A stretch of DNA of 64,000 bases from Candidatus Kerfeldbacteria bacterium. Its GTDB lineage: Bacteria > Patescibacteriota > Patescibacteriia > SBBC01 > CAIJZX01. The position numbers and the translations under genes were made by a program. Numbering within the stretch: the first letter of the stretch is position 1; each line of letters opens with the position of its first letter. Shown one piece after another: positions 55,099 to 64,000 of this stretch. The DNA lies in contig JACPSJ010000001.1 of NCBI GenBank assembly GCA_016193315.1, forward strand, positions 663,478 to 727,477. The letters are read 5' to 3'. A model generated the notes under the pieces. It did no database searches. It was given only the letters and a program-made list of their open reading frames with translations, and was not told the DNA's origin.

Positions 55099-56586
55099 CT
55101 ACCCGCCTAGATGTTTTTTTAGTGCCTGCTGAACCAACTGGGGGTTTGCCTTACCTTTCGTTGCTTTCATCACCTGCCCCACCAGAAATTGCATCGCCGC
55201 GGCTTTTCCGTTTTTGACATCGGCCACGACCTTGGTGTTGGCGGCGATCACGTCCTTGACCGCGGTTTCAATGACCCGCGCATCGCTGACTTGTTCCAGC
55301 CCAAGTTCCTTCACTAACTGATGCGGACCCTTCTTCGTCAGTCGCATGTGTTCGTAAATTTCCGTCGCCGCCGGCAGGTTGACGTATTGACGATACACCA
55401 TCCACAGTAAGCGAGCGAGGTCGGGGGCCGGGACCGGTAATCCGTGTGCCGTGCGGTGTTCGACTGAGATCCTGTTCAACAGCCAATTAGCAATCAGTTT
55501 ACAAACCTTCGCTTTGTCGCTTTCCCAGCTACGAGCCGTCAATTCGACTCCTTGCTCAGCCTCGGCGTAGGCCCGGAATTCGCTGACCACTTCCTCAAAG
55601 TATTCGGACAGCAGTTTATCGCTCACCAGGCTGGCCGCATCCGCCGCGCTTAATTGATAGAGCCGCTGGAAACGATCTCGTCGTTGGGCCGGGAGTTCCG
55701 GTAAAGCGACTTGCAACTGAGCGAGTTTTTCATCCGTCGTCACCACCGGCGGGATATCCGGCTCGGGGAAATAACGATAGTCAGACGCTTCCTCTTTTAT
55801 CCGCTGTTCAACCGTCTTTCCCGCCACTTCATCCCACCCGTGAGTGGACGATGTTTTCGGCGGCTGCCCGTCTTCCCACAAACCGGTCAGCCGTTCGATT
55901 TCATATGCCAGCGCTCGCTCGACCGCCCGAAATGAATTCATGTTCTTTACTTCTGTCTTGGGGTAGAGCTTATCATCGCCTTTTGGCCGAAGAGATACGT
56001 TAGCGTCGCAACGCAGGTGGCCTTTCTCCATGTCGGCGTCGGAGACGCCCAGGTAGCGCATCATTAGCTTCAATTCCTGAAGAAAAGACTTGGCCTCGGC
56101 GGGCGTGCGGAAATCCGGTTCGGTGACGATTTCCAAGAGCGGCGTCCCAGCCCGGTTCAAGTCGATCAGCGAGTGACGGCCGTCGGTAGTGTGGAGTAAC
56201 TTGCCGGCGTCTTCTTCCAGGTGGATACGATGGATGCGAAACGTTTTGGTCTGGCCGTCGACCGGCATGGTCAGTGAACCGGCGTACCCGAATGGTTTGT
56301 CATACTGACTAATCTGGTACCCTTTTGGCAAATCCGGGTAGAAGTAGTTCTTGCGGTCGAACTTCGATTCTTGATTGATCTTGCAGCCGATAGCCAAGGC
56401 CACCATAATCGCCCAATTGATCGCTTGTTGGTTCGGTAACGGGAGCGTCCCCGGCTGAGCCGTGCAGATCGGGCAGATGGCTGTGTTCGGCGGTTGGTCG
56501 TCACGATTATCACAACGACAAAACATCTTCGATTTCGTCTTTAGCTGCACATGTACTTCGAGGCCGATGACTGCTTCGAGTTCCAT
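55099..56586 (-). CDS. gatB: Asp/Glu-tRNA amidotransferase subunit B
   Basis: IGLEVHVQL, DRKNYFYPDLPKGYQISQ, HLEEDAGK, DYRYFPEPD, GQVMKATKGKANP. Confidence 0.98.
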   Translation of the reverse strand: MELEAVIGLEVHVQLKTKSKMFCRCDNRDDQPPNTAICPICTAQPGTLPLPNQQAINWAIMVALAIGCKINQESKFDRKNYFYPDLPKGYQISQYDKPFGYAGSLTMPVDGQTKTFRIHRIHLEEDAGKLLHTTDGRHSLIDLNRAGTPLLEIVTEPDFRTPAEAKSFLQELKLMMRYLGVSDADMEKGHLRCDANVSLRPKGDDKLYPKTEVKNMNSFRAVERALAYEIERLTGLWEDGQPPKTSSTHGWDEVAGKTVEQRIKEEASDYRYFPEPDIPPVVTTDEKLAQLQVALPELPAQRRDRFQRLYQLSAADAASLVSDKLLSEYFEEVVSEFRAYAEAEQGVELTARSWESDKAKVCKLIANWLLNRISVEHRTAHGLPVPAPDLARLLWMVYRQYVNLPAATEIYEHMRLTKKGPHQLVKELGLEQVSDARVIETAVKDVIAANTKVVADVKNGKAAAMQFLVGQVMKATKGKANPQLVQQALKKHLGG

Positions 56587-56654
56587 ACTTTACTTATTCT
56601 ATCAGTATTTGCCCGATGAAAAAAGGGTTGGTGTTGGCCAACCCGTTGCAGGTG

Positions 56655-56834
56655 TCAGGCAAAAGCGATCGATATCGACAGCCCCTGCCCAAAGAGCATG
56701 GCCACGGCTTGACTGCAGGTTTCGCAGTTGCACGTATAGGCGTGATCGACCGCCGTCTGCAGTTCGAGGCGCTCGATCACCGACGTCAGTTCGTGACGCC
56801 GGGCCACCAGTGCGGCTGCGCGTTGGCAATCCAT
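56655..56834 (-). CDS. 59-aa Cys/His small protein (zf-HC2-like)
   Basis: MDCQRAAALV...DHAYTCNCETC...; SD GGAGGAGG; terminator at about 56618-56644; missed by the ORF track. Confidence 0.7.
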   Translation of the reverse strand: MDCQRAAALVARRHELTSVIERLELQTAVDHAYTCNCETCSQAVAMLFGQGLSISIAFA

Positions 56835-56851
56835 GCCTCCTCCCTCCCTGG

Positions 56852-57664
56852 CTAGACCTTGACGTGCTCGGTGAAAACGACTTTCGTCCCGTCCGGCAGC
56901 TGACGAACCTCGTAGTCGCCGAACAGGTTCGGTGCTTCCTGGCGAAGAATCTCCAGTACCATCAAGGCCACCGTCCGAATCTCGACTTCGGCGTGTTCGC
57001 TGCCCCGCAGCTCAATGAAGTGCCGCCAGGCGCGAGCGTTACCAGTGACGAAGATCTTCGTCTCGGTGGCGTTCGGCAGAACCGACCGGGCGGCCTGGCG
57101 GGCCAGCTTCCTCCGCAGAGTGGCATCCGGGACATCTCGAAAGCGCTCTTGGAGACGAGCCACCAGCGCTCGATACGCTCGCCGCGCCGCTTCGACCGAT
57201 TGCACCCAGATTTCGTGGGTCTCCGGATCATCGGCGATCGCGTCCGGCTCGATGAACGGCGATTCGGATTCATCGACGTAGCGCTGTGACAGCTGCGAAT
57301 ACGAGAAGTGTCGGTGGCGAACCAGCTCATGCGTGAACGATCGCGAAACACCAGTGAACAGGAGCGACCAGACCGCGTGTTCGAGCACTGAGCCATGGCC
57401 GACGTTGATCAGGTGCCCGATGAACTCCCGGTTCGTCTTCCGCCCCTTGCCGTACGACATGTAGCAGGCCCGACCAGCCATTTCCACCAGCTGCTCGGCA
57501 GGGATCCGCGTGTCCGTTTTCCAGATCACTCCATGATCGCTCAGAAAAGTGGCAACCGTGGGTGCGTCAACCACCTGCCGACCAACGAGATACACCCGTG
57601 GACCACGAATGATGGTCAGTGGTTGCTCAACTACCGCTTCAGCCATATGTCCGTCGCCGCTCAT
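56852..57664 (-). CDS. thyX: FAD-dependent thymidylate synthase
   Basis: GHGSVLEH, THELVRHRHFSYSQLSQRYV, ARSVLPNATET, NARAWRHFIELR, HAEVEIR. Confidence 0.97.
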   Translation of the reverse strand: MSGDGHMAEAVVEQPLTIIRGPRVYLVGRQVVDAPTVATFLSDHGVIWKTDTRIPAEQLVEMAGRACYMSYGKGRKTNREFIGHLINVGHGSVLEHAVWSLLFTGVSRSFTHELVRHRHFSYSQLSQRYVDESESPFIEPDAIADDPETHEIWVQSVEAARRAYRALVARLQERFRDVPDATLRRKLARQAARSVLPNATETKIFVTGNARAWRHFIELRGSEHAEVEIRTVALMVLEILRQEAPNLFGDYEVRQLPDGTKVVFTEHVKV

Positions 57665-57809
57665 GGGCGCTCCTTTCTTGTGCCGTGTACTTTTCTGAGC
57701 TGAATCAGCTCACGATAGACTTGAAGGTGCGGCTCTTGCCTGGACCCACCCTAGCAAAAAGCCGAGCCCGGCGTCAATGGCTGGGTAAGGACGGCACAAA
57801 AAACCCTCG

Positions 57810-58544
57810 TTATGAACGAGGGGGATCAGCTGGGGACGCGAGTTCACGACGACCGCGATCGTATTCTTCGGCCATGGCCGCGAAGATCTGTTGCAGCTGC
57901 GGTGACATGGTGTCAGGGCAACGATAGCAGTTCGAACAGCGAGGTTCGTAGCGCAAGCGCTTCCGGGCCTGCTGTTCGGGGGTGTCGGCCAAGAAACGAG
58001 CGTCGTCCGCCGGCGCCGGCAGGTCGAAGTACAGCCGCTGCGGGAAAGGAGCCGGCATCCGTTTGCACACCGCGCATGAGGTATCGCGCGGATACGGATG
58101 GCTGGTGATCCCGAGCAGAAAGGCGACCAGTTCGAACGGCTGGGCCCGGAAATCCATGGGCAAACCCGACCAATAGGTGTGCCGGCCGAGACGTCTGAGA
58201 TCAAGGAACAGCTGCTTAGCTGCGGCCTCCATACCTGCGTCCCTGCCCAGGAAATGGACCTCTTCGAGGAAAAGGTGCTGGGCCGTTGAAGCCTCGACGA
58301 TCGGCATGATCTGTGCTGGGTGATCGACTGGAATCACGCCATCGTAGAAAGCGCCGGTTCTCGATTCGACCCGGTCTGGCGCGCAACGAGCTGCCTCCCG
58401 CGGCTGGAAAAACAACACTCCCTCGGTCTGGCGAAACGGCACTTTGGCCAAACCGATGAGGACGGTCGTTTTGTCCGTACACATGTTGCCGTGTACCCCG
58501 TGAACCTCTCCCAAGGGTACCGCGATACTCTGGATTGCACCCAA
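57810..58544 (-). CDS. tdk: Divergent thymidine kinase (TK1 type)
   Basis: GNMCTDKTT, FLEEVHF, SGLPMDFRAQPF, CAVC...YEPRCSNC. Confidence 0.75.
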   Translation of the reverse strand: MGAIQSIAVPLGEVHGVHGNMCTDKTTVLIGLAKVPFRQTEGVLFFQPREAARCAPDRVESRTGAFYDGVIPVDHPAQIMPIVEASTAQHLFLEEVHFLGRDAGMEAAAKQLFLDLRRLGRHTYWSGLPMDFRAQPFELVAFLLGITSHPYPRDTSCAVCKRMPAPFPQRLYFDLPAPADDARFLADTPEQQARKRLRYEPRCSNCYRCPDTMSPQLQQIFAAMAEEYDRGRRELASPADPPRS

Positions 58545-58709
58545 AATTGCACCTCCTGAGGTGATGGGCTAGAAAGGGCTTCGGAATTTCGGAATGAGTC
58601 GTGCTCATGCTACGACGAAACTACTAGTTCGTCAACTGCGCTCCCGGAACAAAAAAGATCAGCGCCGCTAATGCGAGGAGTGTCGGAAAACTCCAAATCC
58701 CGTTACCGC

Positions 58710-59402
58710 CTACCGCAACCGCCGCTCCACCACGGCCATCACTAGCTTGTGAACGTATTCCTTCGGCAGAAGATGTCCATCCGGCGCGCAGTTGATAATC
58801 TTCATGCTGCGGTCGAACAAGGATAGTTCGGCGTAGACCTTGGCCACCTGGTTTTGGTACCGGACATCGCGCTCATGGATATCCCGTTTCCAGTGCCGGA
58901 GATAGGCGCGTTGACGCTTCTGCCGGATGAGTTGCTGACTGACAGCCGGCGGTACGTACAGCACGAGGGTGCAATCCGGTCGCGGGATGCCGAGCAGGTC
59001 AAATTCAAATTCCTCATCCCACATCCAATAGCGTTTCCGCGCCTGCCAATTGCTGATTTTTGAACCCTGGAAAGCCAAATTCGAAGCGATGTAGCGATCA
59101 GCGATAACGACGTTACCGGCCCTTAGCCAGTTCATGATTTTTGATCGGGCAGTAACGCGGTCAATGGCATAAAAAATGGAGGCCCGATACGGCCCCAGTT
59201 CTTTCAATGACCCGTATTCGCCGCGCAGGTAGGCAGCAATTGGTGCGGCTGAATGTTTACCGTACTGTGGGAAAGCAATGGTCCGAACGTTCCGACCTTG
59301 AGACGCAATGCGGCGGGCCAGCAGTCTGACCTGGGTGGCCTTACCCGCTCCGTCAGTGCCCTCAATAGCGATGAAGACTCCCCGTCGTTTTTGGGACATC
59401 AT
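58710..59402 (-). CDS. tmk: Thymidylate kinase
   Basis: FIAIEGTDGAGKATQ, FPQY, IADRYIASNLAFQG, DIHE. Confidence 0.93.
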   Translation of the reverse strand: MMSQKRRGVFIAIEGTDGAGKATQVRLLARRIASQGRNVRTIAFPQYGKHSAAPIAAYLRGEYGSLKELGPYRASIFYAIDRVTARSKIMNWLRAGNVVIADRYIASNLAFQGSKISNWQARKRYWMWDEEFEFDLLGIPRPDCTLVLYVPPAVSQQLIRQKRQRAYLRHWKRDIHERDVRYQNQVAKVYAELSLFDRSMKIINCAPDGHLLPKEYVHKLVMAVVERRLR

Positions 59403-59440
59403 GAAGAGTTAGAGCCGCTACACGGCGAGCTGGCTCTCAG

Positions 59441-60127
59441 CTAGCTGAGAGCCAGCCGAATCCCTGGGCCCATGGCCGTGGTCAAGGTGATTGATTTCAG
59501 AAAACTCCCCTTGGCTTCAGCGGGTCGGGCCCGCTTAACAGCTTCGACCAACACCGTCACGTTTTCCCCCAGTTGCTGATCAGAAAACGACGTCTTGCCT
59601 ACCAGGGCGTGTACGTTCCCCGTGTCGTCGTTCCGAAACGTCAGTTTTCCTTGGCGCCAGGCGGCTATCGCGGCGGCCGGATCTTTAACGATGGTCTCAT
59701 TCTTTGGATTCGGCATCAGGCCCCTGGTACCAAGGGCTTTCGCGATCGGGGCCAACAACTTCATCATCTCTGGTGTGGCGAGGACGACGTCAGCTTCGAG
59801 ACGCTCAGTATTCTTGACTTCGGCGATGAGCGCTTCATCCCCGACGAGGTCGGCGCCGGCCGCCTGAGCGGCCTTGGCTGATGCGCCCTTGGCAAAAACG
59901 ACAATTTTCAGGACGCGACCAGTGCCGTGCGGGAGGACGACCGTGCCCTTGACGGCCTGCTCGGATTTCTTCGGGTCGATGCCGAGCCGAAAATGGAGCT
60001 CCACGCTGCCGTCGAACTTGGTGGTCGCTGTTTGCTTGGTTAAGGCGACGGCTTCGGACAGCGGGTACTGTTTACTGCGATCCACTAGCCCCACGGCTGC
60101 TCGGTACCGCTTACTTCGGTATGACAT
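59441..60127 (-). CDS. rplA: 50S ribosomal protein L1
   Basis: KFDGSVE, LPHGTG, RGLMPNPK, TTAMGPG. Confidence 0.97.
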   Translation of the reverse strand: MSYRSKRYRAAVGLVDRSKQYPLSEAVALTKQTATTKFDGSVELHFRLGIDPKKSEQAVKGTVVLPHGTGRVLKIVVFAKGASAKAAQAAGADLVGDEALIAEVKNTERLEADVVLATPEMMKLLAPIAKALGTRGLMPNPKNETIVKDPAAAIAAWRQGKLTFRNDDTGNVHALVGKTSFSDQQLGENVTVLVEAVKRARPAEAKGSFLKSITLTTAMGPGIRLALS

Positions 60128-60141
60128 GATTACATCTCCTT

Positions 60142-60192
60142 CGTGGTTCAAGCCCCAGCACCATTCGCACCGCGATTAGTGCTGGGTCCCAC
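60142..60192 (-). promoter_or_regulatory. Probable L1 autoregulatory leader hairpin
   Basis: CGTGG-GA-CCCAGCACT...GGTGCTGGG-GCTTGAA-CCACG directly before SD AAGGAG. Confidence 0.55.
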
Positions 60193-60201
60193 GGAGTCAG
60201 T

Positions 60202-61161
60202 TTATGATACGGCGGGCGTCGGCGCGGCCGGCGGTTTTGATTCTTGCGATTCGCGGCGGATGCGCGCAAAGTGGGCCCAGAACAGCGGCAGGCCGACCAG
60301 CAACAGCGGCAGCTGAGTCGACAAATCGCTGTGAATCTGAACGGTCTTGTTGTTGGTCCGTTCCTCAAAAGTCTTTTGATCCGATTGCCACTGCCTGACC
60401 AGCCGGACCTCATCCGCAGAGAATCCACACTTGGACGCACAGTTCACTATGCTCTCTGTGCCGCGGTCCGACTCGCTGGCCACTGGTCTAGTCACGCCGC
60501 CATAAGGATCTTCCGCCCGCAAGACTACGCGGAGCACAGTGTTGATTATCCACCCGGCGGCAAAGACAACCATTAGCAGGCCGCTAAAGGCCACAAAGTA
60601 GTAATACAACGAGCGGAGGGGGGCAGGTTTCTTCAGTTGGTCCAGTTCGCGCTTCCCACCCCGTTCCATCAGCCGGGCGAACACCAGATACAGCGGCAAA
60701 CCGACGATCAAAAACGACAACGGACCAACCAGGTCATTCCGGAATTGCTGGTTTGATTGCTGCCGATTGTCGCGCCACTGTTTGTACTGATCTTTCCAAC
60801 TGGCGAACTGAGCCTTGTCATCAGCCGTAAACTGGCACTTCTCCTTACAAGTGTAAGCGACTGCCTGTGCTTCTTTCATCGGCGCACCTGGCAGGTACAG
60901 CGCTGGCGGCGGTTCACCAAACCGACCATACGGCGATCGGGCTTGGGTGAAAATCGTCTGCCGAAAAGTGGTCGAGAGAATAGCCACTAGCGAGCCAACC
61001 GTAATAGCCAGCATGACCAGCGAGACGACGGTGAAAAAGGCTTGTTTAAATCCACCAGCGTGCTCCATCTTGCTCTGCTGCATGACCGCCACGATGAATA
61101 GCACCACCACCCCGATCCCGACTAACGGGATGAGGATACCGAGAAAGGCGAGACTCTCCAT
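60202..61161 (-). CDS. Membrane protein with two DUF5671-like repeats
   Basis: Duplicated unit (YYYFVAFSGL...CxxxCxF..D...W...LLVGLPLFWAHF). Confidence 0.7.
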   Translation of the reverse strand: MESLAFLGILIPLVGIGVVVLFIVAVMQQSKMEHAGGFKQAFFTVVSLVMLAITVGSLVAILSTTFRQTIFTQARSPYGRFGEPPPALYLPGAPMKEAQAVAYTCKEKCQFTADDKAQFASWKDQYKQWRDNRQQSNQQFRNDLVGPLSFLIVGLPLYLVFARLMERGGKRELDQLKKPAPLRSLYYYFVAFSGLLMVVFAAGWIINTVLRVVLRAEDPYGGVTRPVASESDRGTESIVNCASKCGFSADEVRLVRQWQSDQKTFEERTNNKTVQIHSDLSTQLPLLLVGLPLFWAHFARIRRESQESKPPAAPTPAVS

Positions 61162-61185
61162 AGTCGTGTCGTTAGTGAATCGGTA

Positions 61186-61611
61186 TTATTCTTCGACTGT
61201 GATGCCCATATTGCGAGCCGTACCCTCGACAATTCGCATCGCCCCGGCGATATCCTTGGCGTTGAGATCGGGCATCTTTTTCTCAGCGATGGCTTTGACT
61301 TGGGCCTTGGTCACTGATCCAACCTTTGTCCGTAACGGGTCGCCGCTGCCCTTCTCAACCTTGGCTGCTTTCTTTAGGAGTTCAGCGGCCGGCGGCGTCT
61401 TGAGGATAAACGCATAGGTCCGATCCTCGTAGACGGTCATCTCCACCGGCGTCACCTCGCCCATCCGATCCTTCGTTTGGTCATTAAACTTCTTCACGAA
61501 TTCGCCGATGTTCAGTCCGTGTGGCCCCAAGGCTGTCCCTACTGGCGGCGCGGGCGTGGCTTTGCCGCCGGGGATTTGGAGCTTGATGATGGTCCTAATC
61601 TTTTTTGGCAT
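61186..61611 (-). CDS. rplK: 50S ribosomal protein L11
   Basis: [32 protein letters not shown]. Confidence 0.98.
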   Translation of the reverse strand: MPKKIRTIIKLQIPGGKATPAPPVGTALGPHGLNIGEFVKKFNDQTKDRMGEVTPVEMTVYEDRTYAFILKTPPAAELLKKAAKVEKGSGDPLRTKVGSVTKAQVKAIAEKKMPDLNAKDIAGAMRIVEGTARNMGITVEE

Positions 61612-61628
61612 AAGTAGTGCTGTAGCAT

Positions 61629-61685
61629 CCCCTCACCCTACGCCCCTCTCCCCTTTCCAAGGGGAGAGGGGCGGGAGTGGGGTGA
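61629..61685. repeat. Palindromic intergenic repeat between nusG and rplK
   Basis: gcccctctcccctt/aaggggagaggggc core IR with outer tcaccc/gggtga arms. Confidence 0.7.
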
Positions 61686-61694
61686 ATAACGTTG

Positions 61695-62240
61695 TTACAA
61701 TTTCTTCACCTGTAGGAAGTCTAACTCAACCGGCGTCTCTCGTCCAAACATCGACACCAGCACTTTGACTTTCCCGCGGCCTTCATCGACCTCGGACACC
61801 TTGCCCTCAAACTCTTTGAACGGCCCGTCAATAATCCGGACCGGTGTCCCGGCTTCGACGTCGATCTTGTACTTCGGTTCGGCCACCCCCATCCGCTGCA
61901 TCAGGCCCTTGACTTCGTCCTCGGAAATGGGTGTGGGTGTCGTGCCGGAACCGACGAAGCCGGTCACATTCGGCGTGTTGCGGACCACGTACCATGAGTC
62001 ATCGGTGACGATCATTTCGACTAGGACGTAGCCGGGGAAAATCTTCTCTGTTACGATCCGTCGTTTGCCGTTCTTGATCTTGATTCGGTTCTCGGTCGGG
62101 ATGAGGACGTTAAAAATCTTGTCTTCCATGTCCATCGATTCGATGCGCTGGCGCAGGTTGCGAGCCACGTTTTCTTCGTACCCGGAGTAGGTGTGAAGAA
62201 CGTACCACCGCTTACCTTGTTGGAGTATTTGTTTCGGCAC
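61695..62240 (-). CDS. nusG: Transcription factor NusG
   Basis: WYVLHTYSGYE, FPGYVLVEM, VRNTPNVTGFVG, GPFKEFEG, MFGRETPVEL. Confidence 0.98.
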   Translation of the reverse strand: MPKQILQQGKRWYVLHTYSGYEENVARNLRQRIESMDMEDKIFNVLIPTENRIKIKNGKRRIVTEKIFPGYVLVEMIVTDDSWYVVRNTPNVTGFVGSGTTPTPISEDEVKGLMQRMGVAEPKYKIDVEAGTPVRIIDGPFKEFEGKVSEVDEGRGKVKVLVSMFGRETPVELDFLQVKKL

Positions 62241-62243
62241 GGG

Positions 62244-62432
62244 CTAACGGATGATGAATTTTTCGAGCAGGTAATTGAGACCGAGGTCAATCAAGCCGAG
62301 AAAAATCGCCACCGCCACACTAATGCCAATCACCAGCACGGTATTACTCCGCGTCTCTTTGGTCGACGGCCAGACTACTTTCTTTAGTTCATCGCGCGAC
62401 TCGCGGAAGTAGGAAGTGAGGCGAAAAGCCAT
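62244..62432 (-). CDS. secE: Preprotein translocase subunit SecE
   Basis: ELKKVVWPS and a single TM, upstream of nusG. Confidence 0.95.
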   Translation of the reverse strand: MAFRLTSYFRESRDELKKVVWPSTKETRSNTVLVIGISVAVAIFLGLIDLGLNYLLEKFIIR

Positions 62433-62636
62433 GGCATCAGTATCCTAAAAAGCCCCGTGGGGCTTGATGAAACTAGTCTAACTGGCCTGGCCGCGAATGT
62501 CAAGCAGTGCCCGGCCTTGACCCCGCTTACCGGTCGTGGTATGTCTTGGCGGTCGATCCGGATGGATCGGCGTCCTAAACCAGGACAGCGTCGTTCCTGC
62601 GCCTTCAGGAACAGCCCTTTTTACCGGAGGTGCCGG

Positions 62637-63296
62637 ATGGCGCCCAAACCTACAGCACCGGCTGTCCGCCCGCTTGACCACGCCCTGATACCGGTCATCA
62701 ACGGCCCCCGCGACGTTAGCTGTGGGCTGCAGCTCCTCGACGGCGAGTACCGACGATATCATGAATTCACGCTCGTCGGCCTTGAGGACGCGGTCAATCT
62801 CACCGTCCAGGCAGTCATTTCTGGTGTTCGCTATGCATGCCCGACACCGCAGTGGGCGGGCGAGCAATGCCTGTGGGACATGGTTGGGTTCGGTACAGCA
62901 CGAATGAACCACGGTCTCGGCACCATTCGGCTTCCGACCATCGAAATCCGCGGCTTCCGCGTTCGCGGGTCGCGTCTCGGCTGGGCGCGGTTCACGACCG
63001 TCGGGTCGGACTCGCCGCTCGTGCCGCTCCGGAGCTGGTCCTTCGACCCGGTGCGTTCAATCCCGGACCAGATCCGTCGGTCGGAATCCGTAACCGTGGA
63101 CGTCTTCGACCCGACCACAAACCAGATCGCTCCGGCCCGGCTTCAGTACATCCGCGTCGACTGGACGCCGAAAGATTTCTTCACCTTCCGCAGCTTCTTG
63201 GTTCTCCAGAACGATGAGACCATCGCCGTGCTCGGCAACCTCAGCACCCGCGACTTGACCGGCTACCTGATCGAAATGCCGGCTCAGAAGTCGTAA
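62637..63296 (+). CDS. Hypothetical protein
   Basis: ATG with SD GGAGGT, promoter-like TTGACC...TGgTATGTC upstream; no recognised motif. Confidence 0.65.
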   Translation: MAPKPTAPAVRPLDHALIPVINGPRDVSCGLQLLDGEYRRYHEFTLVGLEDAVNLTVQAVISGVRYACPTPQWAGEQCLWDMVGFGTARMNHGLGTIRLPTIEIRGFRVRGSRLGWARFTTVGSDSPLVPLRSWSFDPVRSIPDQIRRSESVTVDVFDPTTNQIAPARLQYIRVDWTPKDFFTFRSFLVLQNDETIAVLGNLSTRDLTGYLIEMPAQKS

Positions 63297-63319
63297 CCTT
63301 GTGCTCCCCATCCTCGCTC

Positions 63320-63470
63320 CCGCTCGCCCCGCGAGCGGTTTTCTTAATCCTGTCCAATCCGACGCGCCGCGATCATGTTTGAGTGAAGCCCCGCCCATTG
63401 GCGGGGCGAGCGAGTTATCGCGGCGCTTGATTCTTTTCGGTTCCTTTTCTGATCAAGCAGAAAAGGAACG
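63320..63470. repeat. Composite palindromic intergenic repeat
   Basis: ccgctcgc/gcgagcgg, gccccgcc/ggcggggc and gttccttttctg/cagaaaaggaac hairpins. Confidence 0.6.
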
Positions 63471-63482
63471 GCACCGAAAATC

Positions 63483-64000
63483 CTACACTCTTTTCTCCTC
63501 AAACCCAAACGTTAGATTCGCTAAGAACACTAAGACGATCGACCACAAACCCATCCACAGCAAATCATGTTGAATCGCCGCCCAGCCAGACCCTTGGGTC
63601 ATGACCTCACGCAAGCTATGCGACAGATAGGTCAGCGGCAGGTATTGAACGATGTTCTGCAGCCACCCTGGCATCGTATCAGTCGGGAAGAACGTGCCGC
63701 CTAGAAACAGCATCGGGAAGACGATCAGGTTGGCAATCGCTGGCACGGCGTCGACCGTCTTGGCCAAGCCGGAGATGGCAAACCCCAGCCCGAGAAACAT
63801 GATCCCGCCGAGAATGACCGCCGGCAGGAGGAGCCACAGCGATCCAATGACATGAGCCTTGAACGCGAAAACCCCGACGGCAATCAGAATCGCCGCCTGG
63901 ACCACGGCCACAATCAGGCGGGTGATCACGTTGGCGCTGACGAACTGGTACGGTTTCATGGGCGTCGCGACCAGGCGTTTCAAGATACCTCGTTCCTTGT
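63483..64000 (-). CDS. ABC-2 type permease (5' partial)
   Basis: GILKRLVATP, PMLFLGGTFFP, LPLTYLSHSLR. Confidence 0.9.
   Translation of the reverse strand, partial: KERGILKRLVATPMKPYQFVSANVITRLIVAVVQAAILIAVGVFAFKAHVIGSLWLLLPAVILGGIMFLGLGFAISGLAKTVDAVPAIANLIVFPMLFLGGTFFPTDTMPGWLQNIVQYLPLTYLSHSLREVMTQGSGWAAIQHDLLWMGLWSIVLVFLANLTFGFEEKRV

Overview
GC-rich chromosomal segment of a Patescibacteria (CPR) bacterium, genetic code 11. The Asn-rich surface-protein linker and gene content suggest an ABY1/Kerfeldbacteria-like lineage (inference). Core genes (uppP, mutM, rarA, uppS, tkt, tgt, msrB, rpmG, tsf, rpsB, rpmE, prfA, prmC, rplY, rodA, dnaE, thrS, miaA, gatB, thyX, tmk, rplA, rplK, nusG, secE) alternate with accessory DNA: a decaying island with a REP-associated tyrosine transposase (16.3-22.3 kb), a Cys/His-rich metal-thiol cluster headed by a possible sensor leader peptide (22.3-28.2 kb), and a small-peptide/radical SAM/MTA-phosphorylase operon (30.7-33.3 kb). 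The most striking signal is non-coding: 'Russian-doll' tRNA loci, where an intact tRNA gene flanked by inverted repeats sits inside another, sequence-distinct copy of the same tRNA. The Pro-CGG locus at about 10 kb has two layers plus two extra hairpin insertions. The Thr-GGT locus at about 36.6 kb has three layers. The Thr-TGT locus at about 34.4 kb retains only outer 3' halves. The clearly bounded insertions share a YY-GCC...GGC hairpin signature. All calls are from motif recognition by eye; no searches were run.
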